Shown here in pieces: positions 1 through 10,396 of a DNA stretch of 64,000 bases. Under the pieces are notes generated by a model that saw only the letters and a program-made list of their open reading frames with translations, was not told where the DNA came from and did no database searches. A program made the position numbers and the translations under genes. The stretch comes from Candidatus Woesearchaeota archaeon (lineage in GTDB: Archaea; Nanobdellota; Nanobdellia; Pacearchaeales; GW2011-AR1), in NCBI GenBank assembly GCA_964514585.1, contig CAZETU010000005.1, positions 1-64,000 of the forward strand, in the 5' to 3' direction. Numbering within the stretch: position 1 is the first letter of the stretch; each line of letters starts with the position of its first letter.

Positions 1-47
1 CTAGACTCTTAATCTAGGTGTCGGGGGTTCAAATCCCCCCGAGGCCA
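1..47 (+). tRNA. tRNA-Lys(CTT), 5'-truncated by window edge
   Basis: Anticodon arm CTAGA-CT[CTT]AA-TCTAG, T-arm GGGGG-TTCAAAT-CCCCC, encoded CCA end at 45-47. Confidence 0.85.
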
Positions 48-138
48 TATTTTTTGAACACACGCACCGGTGTTGGTGAGCAATTCGCTCCGAACAAATA
101 ATTTTAATTATTTTTTGTAAGGTGCAAATTGTAAATAA

Positions 139-163
139 GGTTCAAATCCCCCCGAGGCCATAT
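139..163 (+). repeat. 25-bp exact copy of the tRNA-Lys 3' end (26-50); att-like direct repeat
   Basis: GGTTCAAATCCCCCCGAGGCCATAT at both 26-50 and 139-163. Confidence 0.9.
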
Positions 164-280
164 ATTCTTTAGCGTAAAAAATATCAAGATAACGTACAAG
201 AGTCACGCCTCATGAAATTATCCCTAAAAATTCTGCAAAATTTTCACAAAGAATTTCGCACCAGAGAAATTTTTGATATC

Positions 281-589
281 CTAATTATCAACCCGAACAG
301 TATTCTTGCACTTAACACACTTATAAAATTTCGATTCAGCCTCGTCACCAGATCTCATTTGCTGAATCCAAAAATACGATCTCTTATGCCCACATTTCTT
401 ACAGTCATAATCAGTCATCGGGTTAACTTCACCTTCTTTCTCATTAATAACCGCAACCGTAACCTTCGCATCAATTGCTTCAACAATTTCCATATCAACC
501 TTTCCCTTCGCAACATAATTACATTTAGGGCAACCAGCCTTAGTTTTCTTCATCATTAAAATAGCACCACATTTTGGACAAAATTCCAT
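281..589 (-). CDS. tfs: Transcription factor S (TFS/RpoM family)
   Basis: N-terminal CPKC..CPKC and C-terminal CKKC..CVKC zinc ribbons; QMRSGDE acidic hairpin typical of TFS/TFIIS. Confidence 0.9.
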   Translation of the reverse strand: MEFCPKCGAILMMKKTKAGCPKCNYVAKGKVDMEIVEAIDAKVTVAVINEKEGEVNPMTDYDCKKCGHKRSYFWIQQMRSGDEAESKFYKCVKCKNTVRVDN

Positions 590-631
590 TTTAAATTTAA
601 CAAGCTCGAATTTAAAAACCTTCCCTAAGTC

Positions 632-1210
632 TCAACAAAGCCCTCTTTGACTAGATGTCCGACCAGCCTCAAAAAAAATCAACTTAGCCCACCCAATATA
701 CGGAATCTTAAACAAAGCCTTTCCAATAAGCTGATCCTCAGAAATCTTTTTTTCAGAACTAAGCTGATTATAATTAGTCCTATAATTATCTCCCTTCGTA
801 GCATAAGTTTCATCTACTTCGACAACTCTATGAATTAAAGGATGCGTCGCCCCGCCATTAAAAATTATCACATCACCAACCTCAATATTCTTAGCTCCAA
901 CAACAAAAATCACATCACCCTTACTAAACCCATTCTGAAAAATCCAGTTACCAGTTTCACCTAAAGAAATTCCATAATTCTCATAGACATCACTTTCAAA
1001 AGTTTTTTCAAATCCATCCTCATGATGATACATACTACAACTCTCAACAATCACCAACGGCAAACTCGTCCCAGTCAAAAGCGACAACCCAGGAAAGAAA
1101 ACAAATTTTATCAAAATAAAAGCGATAATCAAAGTAGCAACAAAAGATGACCAACTATCTTCGTGCAAAAAAGCCCAAAATTTCTTCCATCCATCCACAA
1201 CTTCTTTCAT
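632..1210 (-). CDS. Signal peptidase I (archaeal SEC11 type)
   Basis: TM helix then VIVESCSM (catalytic Ser), KGDVIFV, PLIHRV, TKGDN; start moved to MKEVV at 1210. Confidence 0.85.
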   Translation of the reverse strand: MKEVVDGWKKFWAFLHEDSWSSFVATLIIAFILIKFVFFPGLSLLTGTSLPLVIVESCSMYHHEDGFEKTFESDVYENYGISLGETGNWIFQNGFSKGDVIFVVGAKNIEVGDVIIFNGGATHPLIHRVVEVDETYATKGDNYRTNYNQLSSEKKISEDQLIGKALFKIPYIGWAKLIFFEAGRTSSQRGLC

Positions 1211-1302
1211 ATCATCCAAAAACAAATACACTTTATAAGACTTTAGAAGCAGCCAATACAATTACCAAAATATTTATAAAGTATACATCATTATGTATAC
1301 AC

Positions 1303-1785
1303 ATGGAAGATATATTTGATAATATAATTTTATGCAATAAATGCAATAAAAAAATGAAGCCAAGTCTCCTAAGTAGAAACGGCTTCAATCTTCGAATAGT
1401 GAAGTGTGAAAACTGTGGAAAATCAATTATTCATCCAGAAGATAAAAAAGAATACGAAGAATTTGTAAGATTAAAACAAAAAGAATACAATGTCAAAATG
1501 AGAATGGTTGGAAATTCATATGCAGTCTCTATCCCTCGAGAAATCGTAGACTTTATGCAGGAACAAGAAAGCATGATGAATAACATGGTAAAACTTTGTT
1601 TCGAAGAAGCAGGAAAGATAAGACTAGATTTTGATTCAAGCAATTCAAGAGTTGTAAGTTCCGAAGAAGTTAAAGTAGTAAAAAATGGTAAGTCAGTTTA
1701 TCACGTAAGGAAGGTTTCAGATTCAGCAAACCCTGAAAAAAATAAGACTAAAATATATAAAGCAAAAAAAGAGGAAGATTACTAA
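1303..1785 (+). CDS. Zn-ribbon plus AbrB/MazE/SpoVT-type DNA-binding domain protein
   Basis: CNKC..CENC followed by [18 protein letters not shown] (AbrB-like motif); start moved to MEDIF. Confidence 0.7.
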   Translation: MEDIFDNIILCNKCNKKMKPSLLSRNGFNLRIVKCENCGKSIIHPEDKKEYEEFVRLKQKEYNVKMRMVGNSYAVSIPREIVDFMQEQESMMNNMVKLCFEEAGKIRLDFDSSNSRVVSSEEVKVVKNGKSVYHVRKVSDSANPEKNKTKIYKAKKEEDY

Positions 1786-4118
1786 TGGCAAAGAAAAAAG
1801 AAGAATCAAGCAAAATAGTAAAATTAAGAGTTGTAGAGGCTCTTCAAGATGACGCATACAAAGGCGTAGCGAGAATAGACGAAGGTATAATGAGAAAATT
1901 AGACCTAGAAAGAGGAGATATTATTTCAATAAAAGGAGACAGAGAAACATACTCTGTAGTCGACAGAGCATACCCCGCAGACATGGGCGAAGAAATTATT
2001 CGAATGGATGGGATCACAAGAAAGAATTCTAAGACAGGAATTGGGGAACAGGTAGAAATCAAAAAAGGAATAATTAAGGAAGCAAAAAAAATTACAATCG
2101 CACCAGCCCAGCAAGGAATCGTTGTCCAAGGAGATCCTGATAATTTCAAGAGAGGACTTCTGGGGAAGCCGGTTACAAAAGGAGACATTGTAGTCATAGG
2201 GGGTTCACAGCGAAGAAAAGACATAATGTCAGACGGATTCGGAGATTTATTCGGTGGAGAAATGGGAGAAATTTTCAATCAAATGGGATTCGGTGGGATG
2301 CCAGGCGGGTTAACTCAAATCAGATTCGCAATTGTTTCAACTGCTCCAAACCAGCCGTGCATAATTACAGAAAACACGGACATAACCCTAAGCTCAAAAG
2401 CAGTTGACATTTCAGAAGAATCAATCCCCCAAATAACCTACGAAGATATCGGTGGCTTAACTGACGAAGTAAAAAAAGTCAGAGAAATGGTAGAGCTTCC
2501 ATTAAAGAGACCAGAAATATTCGCACGATTAGGAATCGAGCCACCAAAAGGAGTCCTACTTTATGGCCCCCCAGGAACAGGTAAAACCTTGCTAGCAAAA
2601 GCCGTAGCAAACGAATCCGAAGCACACTTCATTTTATTAAACGGCCCAGAAATTATGTCAAAGTTCTATGGAGAATCAGAAAAGAAAATAAGAGAAATAT
2701 TCGACGACGCTGAAAAAAATGCACCATCAATTATCTTCATCGACGAAATAGATTCCCTAGCTCCAAAAAGAGAAGACGCCGGTGGGGAAGTAGAAAGAAG
2801 AGTAGTCTCACAATTACTAACAATGATGGACGGTCTTCAGGCTCGAGGTAAAGTCGTAGTCATCGGCGCAACAAACCGACCAAACTCAATCGACCCAGCA
2901 TTAAGACGACCAGGTAGATTCGACAGAGAAGTTGAAATTTCAGTCCCAGACAAAGCAGGCAGATTATCAATTCTAAAAATTCACACAAGAGGAATGCCAT
3001 TAACAAAATCTGTAAACCTAGAAGAGATAGCAAGAAAAACACACGGTTTCGTCGGAGCAGACATAAACTCTCTGGGCAAAGAAGCCGCAATGATTGTCCT
3101 TAGAAAAAATTTACATAAATTTAAACTTGAAGAAGAAAAAGAAATTCCACAAGACGTATTAGAACAACTAAGAGTTTCACAAAAAGATTTCGACGAAGCC
3201 CTAAAAGTTGTAAGACCTTCAGCAATGAGAGAAGTCTTGGTTGAAACTCCAAACACAAAATGGGATGACATCGGCGGCGTAGAAGATGTCAAAAGAGACT
3301 TAAAAGAAGCGGTCGAATGGCCACTAAAATTCCCAGACTCATTTACAAGAATGGGCATCAATCCACCAAAAGGAGTCCTACTCTACGGCCCCCCAGGAAC
3401 AGGTAAAACCTTGCTAGCAAAAGCCGTAGCAAACGAATCCGAAGCAAACTTCATCCAAATCAAAGGACCAAGCTTACTAAGTATGTGGGTCGGGAAATCC
3501 GAAGAAGGAGTAAGAAAAATTTTCGAAAGAGCTAGACAAGTCTCACCCTGTGTAATCTTCTTCGACGAAATAGATTCTCTAGCAGGCAAGCGAGGAGGAG
3601 GAATGGGTAGCGGAGCAAAGGTAACAGAAAACGTTCTAAACCAACTACTAGCAGAAATGGACGGAATCGAAGACTTAACAAACGTAATCGTAATCGGCGC
3701 AACAAACCGACCAGACATCCTAGACCCAGCATTAATGCGACCAGGTAGATTCGACAGAATAGTATACGTCCCAGTCCCAGAAAAAGAAGGCCGAGAAAAA
3801 ATACTTGAAATCCACACAAAGAAAATGAAAGAAAACGGAGTCCTAGACAAATCAGTAGATTTAAGCAAATTAGCAGAAGAAACAGAAGGGTATACCGGAG
3901 CAGATATCGAATCCCTAGTAAGAGAAGCCGCAATGCTAGCCCTCAGAGCAGACATAAACTCAGAAAAAATCACAAAGAAGCATTTCGACAAAGCAATGGA
4001 AAAAGTATTACCTTCCGTTTCGAAAAACGATCAAGAAAGATATAAACAAGTAGAGAAAAGATATCTCAAGAGTGCAAGGGCAGCATTAGCAGACAGCAGC
4101 GCAAGTTACGCAGGTTAA
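1785..4118 (+). CDS. cdc48: CDC48/VAT family AAA+ ATPase
   Basis: N-domain plus two AAA modules, each with GPPGTGKT, FxDEID and RPGRFDR. Confidence 0.97.
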   Translation: MAKKKEESSKIVKLRVVEALQDDAYKGVARIDEGIMRKLDLERGDIISIKGDRETYSVVDRAYPADMGEEIIRMDGITRKNSKTGIGEQVEIKKGIIKEAKKITIAPAQQGIVVQGDPDNFKRGLLGKPVTKGDIVVIGGSQRRKDIMSDGFGDLFGGEMGEIFNQMGFGGMPGGLTQIRFAIVSTAPNQPCIITENTDITLSSKAVDISEESIPQITYEDIGGLTDEVKKVREMVELPLKRPEIFARLGIEPPKGVLLYGPPGTGKTLLAKAVANESEAHFILLNGPEIMSKFYGESEKKIREIFDDAEKNAPSIIFIDEIDSLAPKREDAGGEVERRVVSQLLTMMDGLQARGKVVVIGATNRPNSIDPALRRPGRFDREVEISVPDKAGRLSILKIHTRGMPLTKSVNLEEIARKTHGFVGADINSLGKEAAMIVLRKNLHKFKLEEEKEIPQDVLEQLRVSQKDFDEALKVVRPSAMREVLVETPNTKWDDIGGVEDVKRDLKEAVEWPLKFPDSFTRMGINPPKGVLLYGPPGTGKTLLAKAVANESEANFIQIKGPSLLSMWVGKSEEGVRKIFERARQVSPCVIFFDEIDSLAGKRGGGMGSGAKVTENVLNQLLAEMDGIEDLTNVIVIGATNRPDILDPALMRPGRFDRIVYVPVPEKEGREKILEIHTKKMKENGVLDKSVDLSKLAEETEGYTGADIESLVREAAMLALRADINSEKITKKHFDKAMEKVLPSVSKNDQERYKQVEKRYLKSARAALADSSASYAG

Positions 4119-4119
4119 A
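4094..4119 (+). repeat. att-like site 1 (3' end of cdc48)
   Basis: CAGCAGCGCAAGTTACGCAGGTTAAA, identical to 13369-13394. Confidence 0.9.
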
Positions 4120-4122
4120 TCT

Positions 4123-7100
4123 TTATTTATCCCCATCATCTAAAATTCTCACAACCCCCTTATCCGCATCAACCTCAACCAAATCTCCCGTCTTCAATGC
4201 CTTAGTAACCGCCCTTACCCCAACCACGCAAGGTATTCTTAATTCCCTACTTGTAATGGATGCATGACAAATCACACCACCATGTTCTGAGATTATTGCA
4301 GAAGATTTTTTCATCGCAGAAATAAAATTCGGAGTAGTAGTAGAAGAAACAATTATTTCTCCCTCTTCAAAATCCTTAACGTCTTCATCATTCTCCACCC
4401 TTCTAACCTTACCCTTAACAATTCCCGGATATGCCGTCTGACCATATAATTCCGTTCCCCCATCATACTCATGCTCCTTAATCACAATATTAAATTTATT
4501 TTCAACCTCCTCAATCGAATCATACATCTCACCATTAGTATAAACAAAACTCTTAAGTCTTTTTTCCAATACTTCATTACTCGGCAAACACCCCCTCTCA
4601 ACGTCCTCAATTAATATCGCATCAACATATTTCTCATGTTCAGGAAATATTTTCTTCAATGATTTCCTAATAACTTCCGGAAACCCCTCAGCCATTTTCT
4701 CAGTCTTTTTTCTAACTTCAAGTATATCATCTAACGGCAAATTATTTTTATCATAATATTCAATCATCCACCACATACAAGTCCACCAAGTCCACCCCGC
4801 TTTCAGCTTATCAATAAACTCTAAAAAATCTTTCCTTGATAACGCCGGTTTCTCGTCTACAATCTTTTTTATATCATCAAAAAATAAAATCGCATTATCT
4901 TTCATTATCTCCTTATCAAACTTTCCAGCTTCATTAATATTCCATTCTATTCCCTCTTTATCATAAAAATAATACAAGGTTTTCCCTCTTTTTTCAAACA
5001 CACAATAAGGACTATATGGAAATTCCTTTTCGCTCCAAGGTACTTCCTTCAAGCTCTCTCCATAGTCTGTCAACTCGGCAATCATCGCAGGAAATTCATG
5101 ATTCATAATATCAGAATATATCGGTTTTTGATTTTTCTCCAATATCCTCACAACCCCCTCATTAGCATCAACCTCAACTAAATCCCCATCCTTCAAAGCG
5201 TTTGTTCCAACCCTAGTGCCAATAATACATGGAATCTCCAACTCTCTAGCTACAATAGCCGCGTGACATACAATGCCTCCCTCGTCAGTAATAATCGCTG
5301 AGGCGTTTTTCATATAAGGAACGTAATCAGGGGAAGTCATTTCTGTGACAATAACTTCCCCTTTCTTAAAATTTGAAAGTTGTTTCTTTGAATGTATTAT
5401 TCTAACTCTTCCCCTTACATTCCCTTTAAATGCCACCTGCCCACTTACAATATTATCACCTTTGTTTTTCACTTCATCCAAAACAAGTTTATTTTCCCCA
5501 AGAATACTATCCAATTCTGACAAAGAATATAATTTCCCGTTATATAATATATATCCATTCTCCCTCTTTTTAATTTCGCTAATTTGTTTTTTCGCTAATT
5601 TTTTATCTTCAAGTGAAAAAATTTCTTCGGGAGTTAATAAATTAGAGAATCTTTCATATTCTGGATAAAGTTTATTGAAATTTTCAATAAAGAATAAATC
5701 ATTTTTATCAGAATATTTTTCCGTTTCAGATCTTATTTTAAGAGCCTCTTTTTTTATTTCTTCAGAAGCTGTCTTAGATTCAGGCAAAACATACATTATT
5801 GCCATTGGCGACCACCATTTTATATAGGTTTGATAATAATCTTTCAAATCCTTTATGCTAGCTATATTTAATTTTCCATCGAAATAATTCATTAATCTAT
5901 TAAAATATTTATAAAATTCTTTTTTGTTGTGGGAAAAATATTTTTTATCCTCAGTGGCTCTCCTCCCAACTCTATCATACATTTCATTTAGCTCCCTACT
6001 TTCAAACCATACGGATGTTTTCCCAAAGCCTTTATTTATGAAAATAAGTTCTTCTATATTGTTAAAAAAATATCCTAAACATTTCTGATTGGATTTGTGC
6101 CAAACATAACAATAGATTAATGAATGCTCTCTAGATTGAAGATTGATCATTCTTTGTTCTTCCTCCAATATCCTCACAACCCCCTCATTAGCATCAACCT
6201 CAACCAAGTCCCCATCTTCCAAAACTTTCGTAGCAACCTTTGTATTAACAATACATGGAAGTTTCTCCTCCCGTGCAATAATCGCAGCATGACAAGTAAT
6301 TCCTCCTTCGTCTGTAACAAAACCAACGGCATTCCTAAAATAAACAACAGACTCAGGACTTGTCATAGGAGTCACAAGAATAAATTTATTTTTTCTCGAT
6401 ATTTCCTCCAATCTCCCCTTATTTTCATAATCGCTAGCCAATAACTTAACAACCTCCCCTTTAACTTTCCCTCCATTCCCAATGTCTCCAATAATTTCAC
6501 CCCTAGAAATACTTTCCTCGACTTTCTTTTTATCTGGATTTTGATTCGTCAAATAAGATCTTATCTCTCTCACTTCTTCACCGGTAACAGTTTTACATTT
6601 CCCATCCATATGAATCCAAGCAATGGGCCGCCCAACAATATAATCAAACTCCGAAACATTCTCCGAGCTATTAACAATTTTAATTATTTCCTCCGTAGTG
6701 GCCCCCTTCGCAATTTTTTCGGGAACCCCATATTTATTCACCAAAGCATCTATCAACTTTTCATAAACTTTCCACAGATAATTCAACGCAAGATCATCCA
6801 ACAACAACCTCGTCTTTTGCAATTGAAATATAAGTGCCTCATCCTTTGTAACAAAAGACTCCTCAATATAAAAATTAAAATGCCAATACATTTCTTGATT
6901 AAGTTTATTCGCCCCCCTCAATGCAACAATATAATTTTCAGGTTTCTCTAAATCTTCATCATTTAATTTCAATATTGCTCCAAACTTTTTCTTCGCCCTC
7001 TTATAAAATTCCCTACTTGCCTCATTAATAATTTTTATCTTATCGCAATCTTCAACTATAGGTCTCTTGCCAGGAACCGTCCACGCCTCATATTCATCAT

Positions 7101-9621
7101 CTTGAAGTATCACCCCCACTTGCTGAGGTTCATAGCCAATTATTTTATAGAGCGGATTATCTTTATATAAACACGAGCTCATATACTCCAATAACAATAC
7201 TGACTGAGGAGGATAAACCACTGACATCTCTAAAGAGCCATATTCCCCCAGTTTTTCAATATCAGAATATATCGGTTTTTGATTTTTCTCCAATATCCTC
7301 ACAACCCCCTCATTAGCATCAACCTCAACTAAATCCCCATCCTTCAAAATCTTTGTCGCGTTTTTAGTTCCAATTACACAAGGTTTTTTCAACTCTCTAG
7401 CAATTATCGCTGCATGACAAGTAATTCCTCCCTCATCTGTAACAATAGCAGAAGCCTTTTTTATTGAAGACATAAATTCTGGCGAAGTCATTTCAGTCAC
7501 AAGAATTTCCCCATTTTTAATATCTAAATGATCCTCAGATTTAACAATTAACTTTACAATTCCTCGAATTTTACCAAAGTAAGCCGAATTTCCCTTAATT
7601 TTTTGAAAATCACTTATGGTATCAGGTTTTTCTAGCTCTAAGTTATTTTTATTAAGTTCATTTTCCAAATCCTCAAGCAGAATCAATTTACTATTAACCA
7701 GAGCACATCCATTTAATCTTTTATTAAACATCTCCAAATTATCTTTCAAGAATGGCTTCTTTCTTAGTGAAAAAACCTCATCAGGCAAAATCACATTAAC
7801 ATATTTTTTATATTGAGGATATTTTTCAGAAAAAAAGTCTATAAAAATCTTATTAAAAAGCTGAGGAAAATGCTGAGTTTTCTCTCTAATTCCCATCATT
7901 TCGTTTTTTATTTCCTCCGCAACACCTTCCATCTCAGGAACACTCATAGAAAAATCCACTAAATGCCACCAATCCAACCAATCCATATAAATATTTTCTA
8001 ATTCATTTAAACTTTTGATTCTTTTTTTGTTCTCAAGATAAGGCGAAAATTCCTTTATCCCATCAAGATATCTTTTTTTAAGCAACTTGTAATATCTCTT
8101 ATATTTTAATTTTTTTTCAAGTTTTGAATATACAATATTTAATTCATCTTGATGGTACCAACTAGTAAATCTACTTAGCGAATCCGATATTAAGACCAAA
8201 TTTTTTACACTATCTGGCCATATTTTTTTAGAATTTTCTATATCAGATTTATTCCATGCATACACATAAAACAAACTTCTTTCCCGAGTATTAGTTTTTG
8301 AAAGAATAATTTTTTGATTTTTCTCCAATATTCTAACAACCCCTTCGTCCGCATCTACTTCTACTTCGTCGCCGTCTTTAAGAAATTCTGTAGCAATCTT
8401 TGTTCCGATTACACAGGGCTTGTTAAGCTCCCTTGAAATAATCGCTGCATGACATGCGATTCCTCCTTCATCAGTAATAATCGCAGAACATTTCTTTAAT
8501 GCTGGTACAAAATCTGGACTTGTCATTTCAGTTACAATAATATCTCCCTCTTTGATGATATCTAAATCTTTTTTATCTAGAATAACTTTAATAGTTCCTT
8601 TTACAATCCCCTTACAGGCTATTGATCCCTTGAGTTTCTTGCTACTTAAGGGCTTAATTCTTTCAAGCATCAAATTTTCTTCTTCTAATAAGTTATCTAA
8701 TTCACTATATTTTCCAAATTTATCATTAATCATTACATAGCCAGAGTCTTTTCGGTCGTTGAATAGTTTTAATTCTTCTTTGGTGTAAGCTCTATTTTCT
8801 AGTACAAACAATTCATTAGGAAGAATATATCGTGATAGCTCACTATACTGTGGAAAGTTTGATTCAAAGTACTCTAAGAATAATTCGTCAAATATATCAG
8901 CATAGTCTTGAGTTTCTTCTCTCAACTTAAGTACCTTTTTGAGCATTTCTTTTGGGGGACTTTCCATGTCTGGAACAAACATAGCAAATGACATAGGAGA
9001 CCAAAATCCCATAAGCGCAGAATAATATTCTTTAAGGTCAGAAATATTCTCAATTTTTCTAGTTTTTTCTACGAAAGGTCTTAGTTTATCAAAACTATCT
9101 TTAAAGACATAAACAACTCTTTCAAACAATGAATTATCTAAAAGAAGAGCTTTTTCAAAAGAATCACTTGCAAAATCAACTTCTTTATTATTGTGCCATA
9201 TTGCTGTTTTAAACGTTTTGGGTTTTTTGATGACCACAACAGTTTTTATTGGAGGCCATTCTGGAAAATCAGGATGTCCATTTCGATTATCGTCACTTTC
9301 AATTTGATAATAAAATAATGAATGTTCTCTTGAATAAAACTTAGATACTACTTTCTTTTTCTCAGAATCATTTTTTTTGCTCAAAGTAGTAATCGGCCTC
9401 GATTGCACAATATAAAATTTATCACCCTCCTTGGCCCATTCAATATCGCAAGGAAACCCATAGTGATCCTCAATTCTTTTAACCAACTTAGCCAATTCAA
9501 CAATCTCATCATTACTCAAGACCTGACCCTTCCCAATTTCTTCCAAATCTCTCCAATCATTTCCACCGCCTTCAGCCCTAAACAATCCCCTACTCTGCTC
9601 ATTAACACTCAAATCAATCAC
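4123..9621 (-). CDS. Giant PEP-utilising-family protein: end of ATP-grasp (PPDK_N) domain plus five tandem [helical domain + phosphohistidine swivel] modules; in frame with 9631-10317
   Basis: DIEWA..FYIVQSRPITTL (end of PPDK_N); five GGxxCHA(A/S)IxxRE..PC motifs; no PEP/pyruvate TIM-barrel domain. Confidence 0.85.
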   Translation of the reverse strand: MIDLSVNEQSRGLFRAEGGGNDWRDLEEIGKGQVLSNDEIVELAKLVKRIEDHYGFPCDIEWAKEGDKFYIVQSRPITTLSKKNDSEKKKVVSKFYSREHSLFYYQIESDDNRNGHPDFPEWPPIKTVVVIKKPKTFKTAIWHNNKEVDFASDSFEKALLLDNSLFERVVYVFKDSFDKLRPFVEKTRKIENISDLKEYYSALMGFWSPMSFAMFVPDMESPPKEMLKKVLKLREETQDYADIFDELFLEYFESNFPQYSELSRYILPNELFVLENRAYTKEELKLFNDRKDSGYVMINDKFGKYSELDNLLEEENLMLERIKPLSSKKLKGSIACKGIVKGTIKVILDKKDLDIIKEGDIIVTEMTSPDFVPALKKCSAIITDEGGIACHAAIISRELNKPCVIGTKIATEFLKDGDEVEVDADEGVVRILEKNQKIILSKTNTRERSLFYVYAWNKSDIENSKKIWPDSVKNLVLISDSLSRFTSWYHQDELNIVYSKLEKKLKYKRYYKLLKKRYLDGIKEFSPYLENKKRIKSLNELENIYMDWLDWWHLVDFSMSVPEMEGVAEEIKNEMMGIREKTQHFPQLFNKIFIDFFSEKYPQYKKYVNVILPDEVFSLRKKPFLKDNLEMFNKRLNGCALVNSKLILLEDLENELNKNNLELEKPDTISDFQKIKGNSAYFGKIRGIVKLIVKSEDHLDIKNGEILVTEMTSPEFMSSIKKASAIVTDEGGITCHAAIIARELKKPCVIGTKNATKILKDGDLVEVDANEGVVRILEKNQKPIYSDIEKLGEYGSLEMSVVYPPQSVLLLEYMSSCLYKDNPLYKIIGYEPQQVGVILQDDEYEAWTVPGKRPIVEDCDKIKIINEASREFYKRAKKKFGAILKLNDEDLEKPENYIVALRGANKLNQEMYWHFNFYIEESFVTKDEALIFQLQKTRLLLDDLALNYLWKVYEKLIDALVNKYGVPEKIAKGATTEEIIKIVNSSENVSEFDYIVGRPIAWIHMDGKCKTVTGEEVREIRSYLTNQNPDKKKVEESISRGEIIGDIGNGGKVKGEVVKLLASDYENKGRLEEISRKNKFILVTPMTSPESVVYFRNAVGFVTDEGGITCHAAIIAREEKLPCIVNTKVATKVLEDGDLVEVDANEGVVRILEEEQRMINLQSREHSLIYCYVWHKSNQKCLGYFFNNIEELIFINKGFGKTSVWFESRELNEMYDRVGRRATEDKKYFSHNKKEFYKYFNRLMNYFDGKLNIASIKDLKDYYQTYIKWWSPMAIMYVLPESKTASEEIKKEALKIRSETEKYSDKNDLFFIENFNKLYPEYERFSNLLTPEEIFSLEDKKLAKKQISEIKKRENGYILYNGKLYSLSELDSILGENKLVLDEVKNKGDNIVSGQVAFKGNVRGRVRIIHSKKQLSNFKKGEVIVTEMTSPDYVPYMKNASAIITDEGGIVCHAAIVARELEIPCIIGTRVGTNALKDGDLVEVDANEGVVRILEKNQKPIYSDIMNHEFPAMIAELTDYGESLKEVPWSEKEFPYSPYCVFEKRGKTLYYFYDKEGIEWNINEAGKFDKEIMKDNAILFFDDIKKIVDEKPALSRKDFLEFIDKLKAGWTWWTCMWWMIEYYDKNNLPLDDILEVRKKTEKMAEGFPEVIRKSLKKIFPEHEKYVDAILIEDVERGCLPSNEVLEKRLKSFVYTNGEMYDSIEEVENKFNIVIKEHEYDGGTELYGQTAYPGIVKGKVRRVENDEDVKDFEEGEIIVSSTTTPNFISAMKKSSAIISEHGGVICHASITSRELRIPCVVGVRAVTKALKTGDLVEVDADKGVVRILDDGDK
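5107..5197. repeat. 91-bp exact intragenic repeat at a module junction (copy at 7258-7348; partial copy at about 6163-6223)
   Basis: Both copies encode LKDGDLVEVDANEGVVRILEKNQKPIYSDI with identical nucleotides. Confidence 0.9.
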
Positions 9622-9630
9622 ATGCCAATC

Positions 9631-10317
9631 CTACTTATCAACAACATAGCTATCCGGCGTAATCTGCCCAGAAACTATCGCCTCGCCAAGCCCAAATCCA
9701 GCCTCAATAATAATATGATTAGGATCCTCCGTCACAGGATGAACAGAAAACGCAATTCCAGACTCCTCACTCTCAACCATCTTCTGGACAACAACCGCAA
9801 CAGAAATATCAGTCCCACAAAGTCCCTTCTCAAACCTGTAAAAAATCGCCCGAGGCGTAAAAAGACTAGCCCAACACCTCTTCACATTCTCCAAAATTTT
9901 TTTCTTATTCGTATTAAGATAACTATCCAGTTGCCCAGCCCAAGCCGCAGCAGCCGAATCTTCACTAGTTGCACTAGATCTTACCGCAACAAATTCACAA
10001 TCAAGATCATTATAACCTTCCAAAACACCCTCCCCAATGTCTTCAGGCAGCTCCTTACTCAAAATCATCGCCTGAATTTTCTCAGAAGCATCCTCGACTG
10101 TATGAACTTTTTCAATATCAACATTATCCAGAACCGCATCAACCTCAACATTCAAACCAGTCTCCTCAATAAACCTATCAAAAGCTCCAGAAAGAACAAC
10201 AAACCCACCAGGAACGGGAATCCCCGCCTGAGTCATTTCCCCCAACGAAGCACCTTTCCCTCCAGCTATATCAACATCATTCTTCGAAATAGAATCAAAT
10301 CTATTAATATAATTCAT
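9631..10317 (-). CDS. N-terminal part of PPDK/PEP-synthase nucleotide-binding (ATP-grasp) domain, ending at an in-frame TAG
   Basis: GGKGASLGEM, VAVRSSATSEDS, WAGQLDSYLN, VVVQKMV, GLGEAIVSGQITPD. Confidence 0.9.
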   Translation of the reverse strand: MNYINRFDSISKNDVDIAGGKGASLGEMTQAGIPVPGGFVVLSGAFDRFIEETGLNVEVDAVLDNVDIEKVHTVEDASEKIQAMILSKELPEDIGEGVLEGYNDLDCEFVAVRSSATSEDSAAAAWAGQLDSYLNTNKKKILENVKRCWASLFTPRAIFYRFEKGLCGTDISVAVVVQKMVESEESGIAFSVHPVTEDPNHIIIEAGFGLGEAIVSGQITPDSYVVDK

Positions 10318-10396
10318 AAAAACATCAAGTATTCATAATTTAAAAATAATTGCATAATATCGCCCATCAACAAAAGCATTCTTTTCCCAATTAACA

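Noticed and set aside
4099-4120. dif-like site (GCGCA..GTTAAAT resembles bacterial dif)
   Set aside because: Spacing is 2 nt off and the arms do not match the XerC/D consensus; the sequence is simply cdc48 coding DNA
4123-10317. Call as phosphoenolpyruvate synthase (ppsA) or pyruvate phosphate dikinase
   Set aside because: No C-terminal PEP/pyruvate TIM-barrel domain; five His modules instead of one
10333-10389. Possible 3' remnant of a GNAT-like gene (WEKNAFVDGRYYAIIFKL*) at att site 2
   Set aside because: Only 18 codons; the similarity is too weak to support
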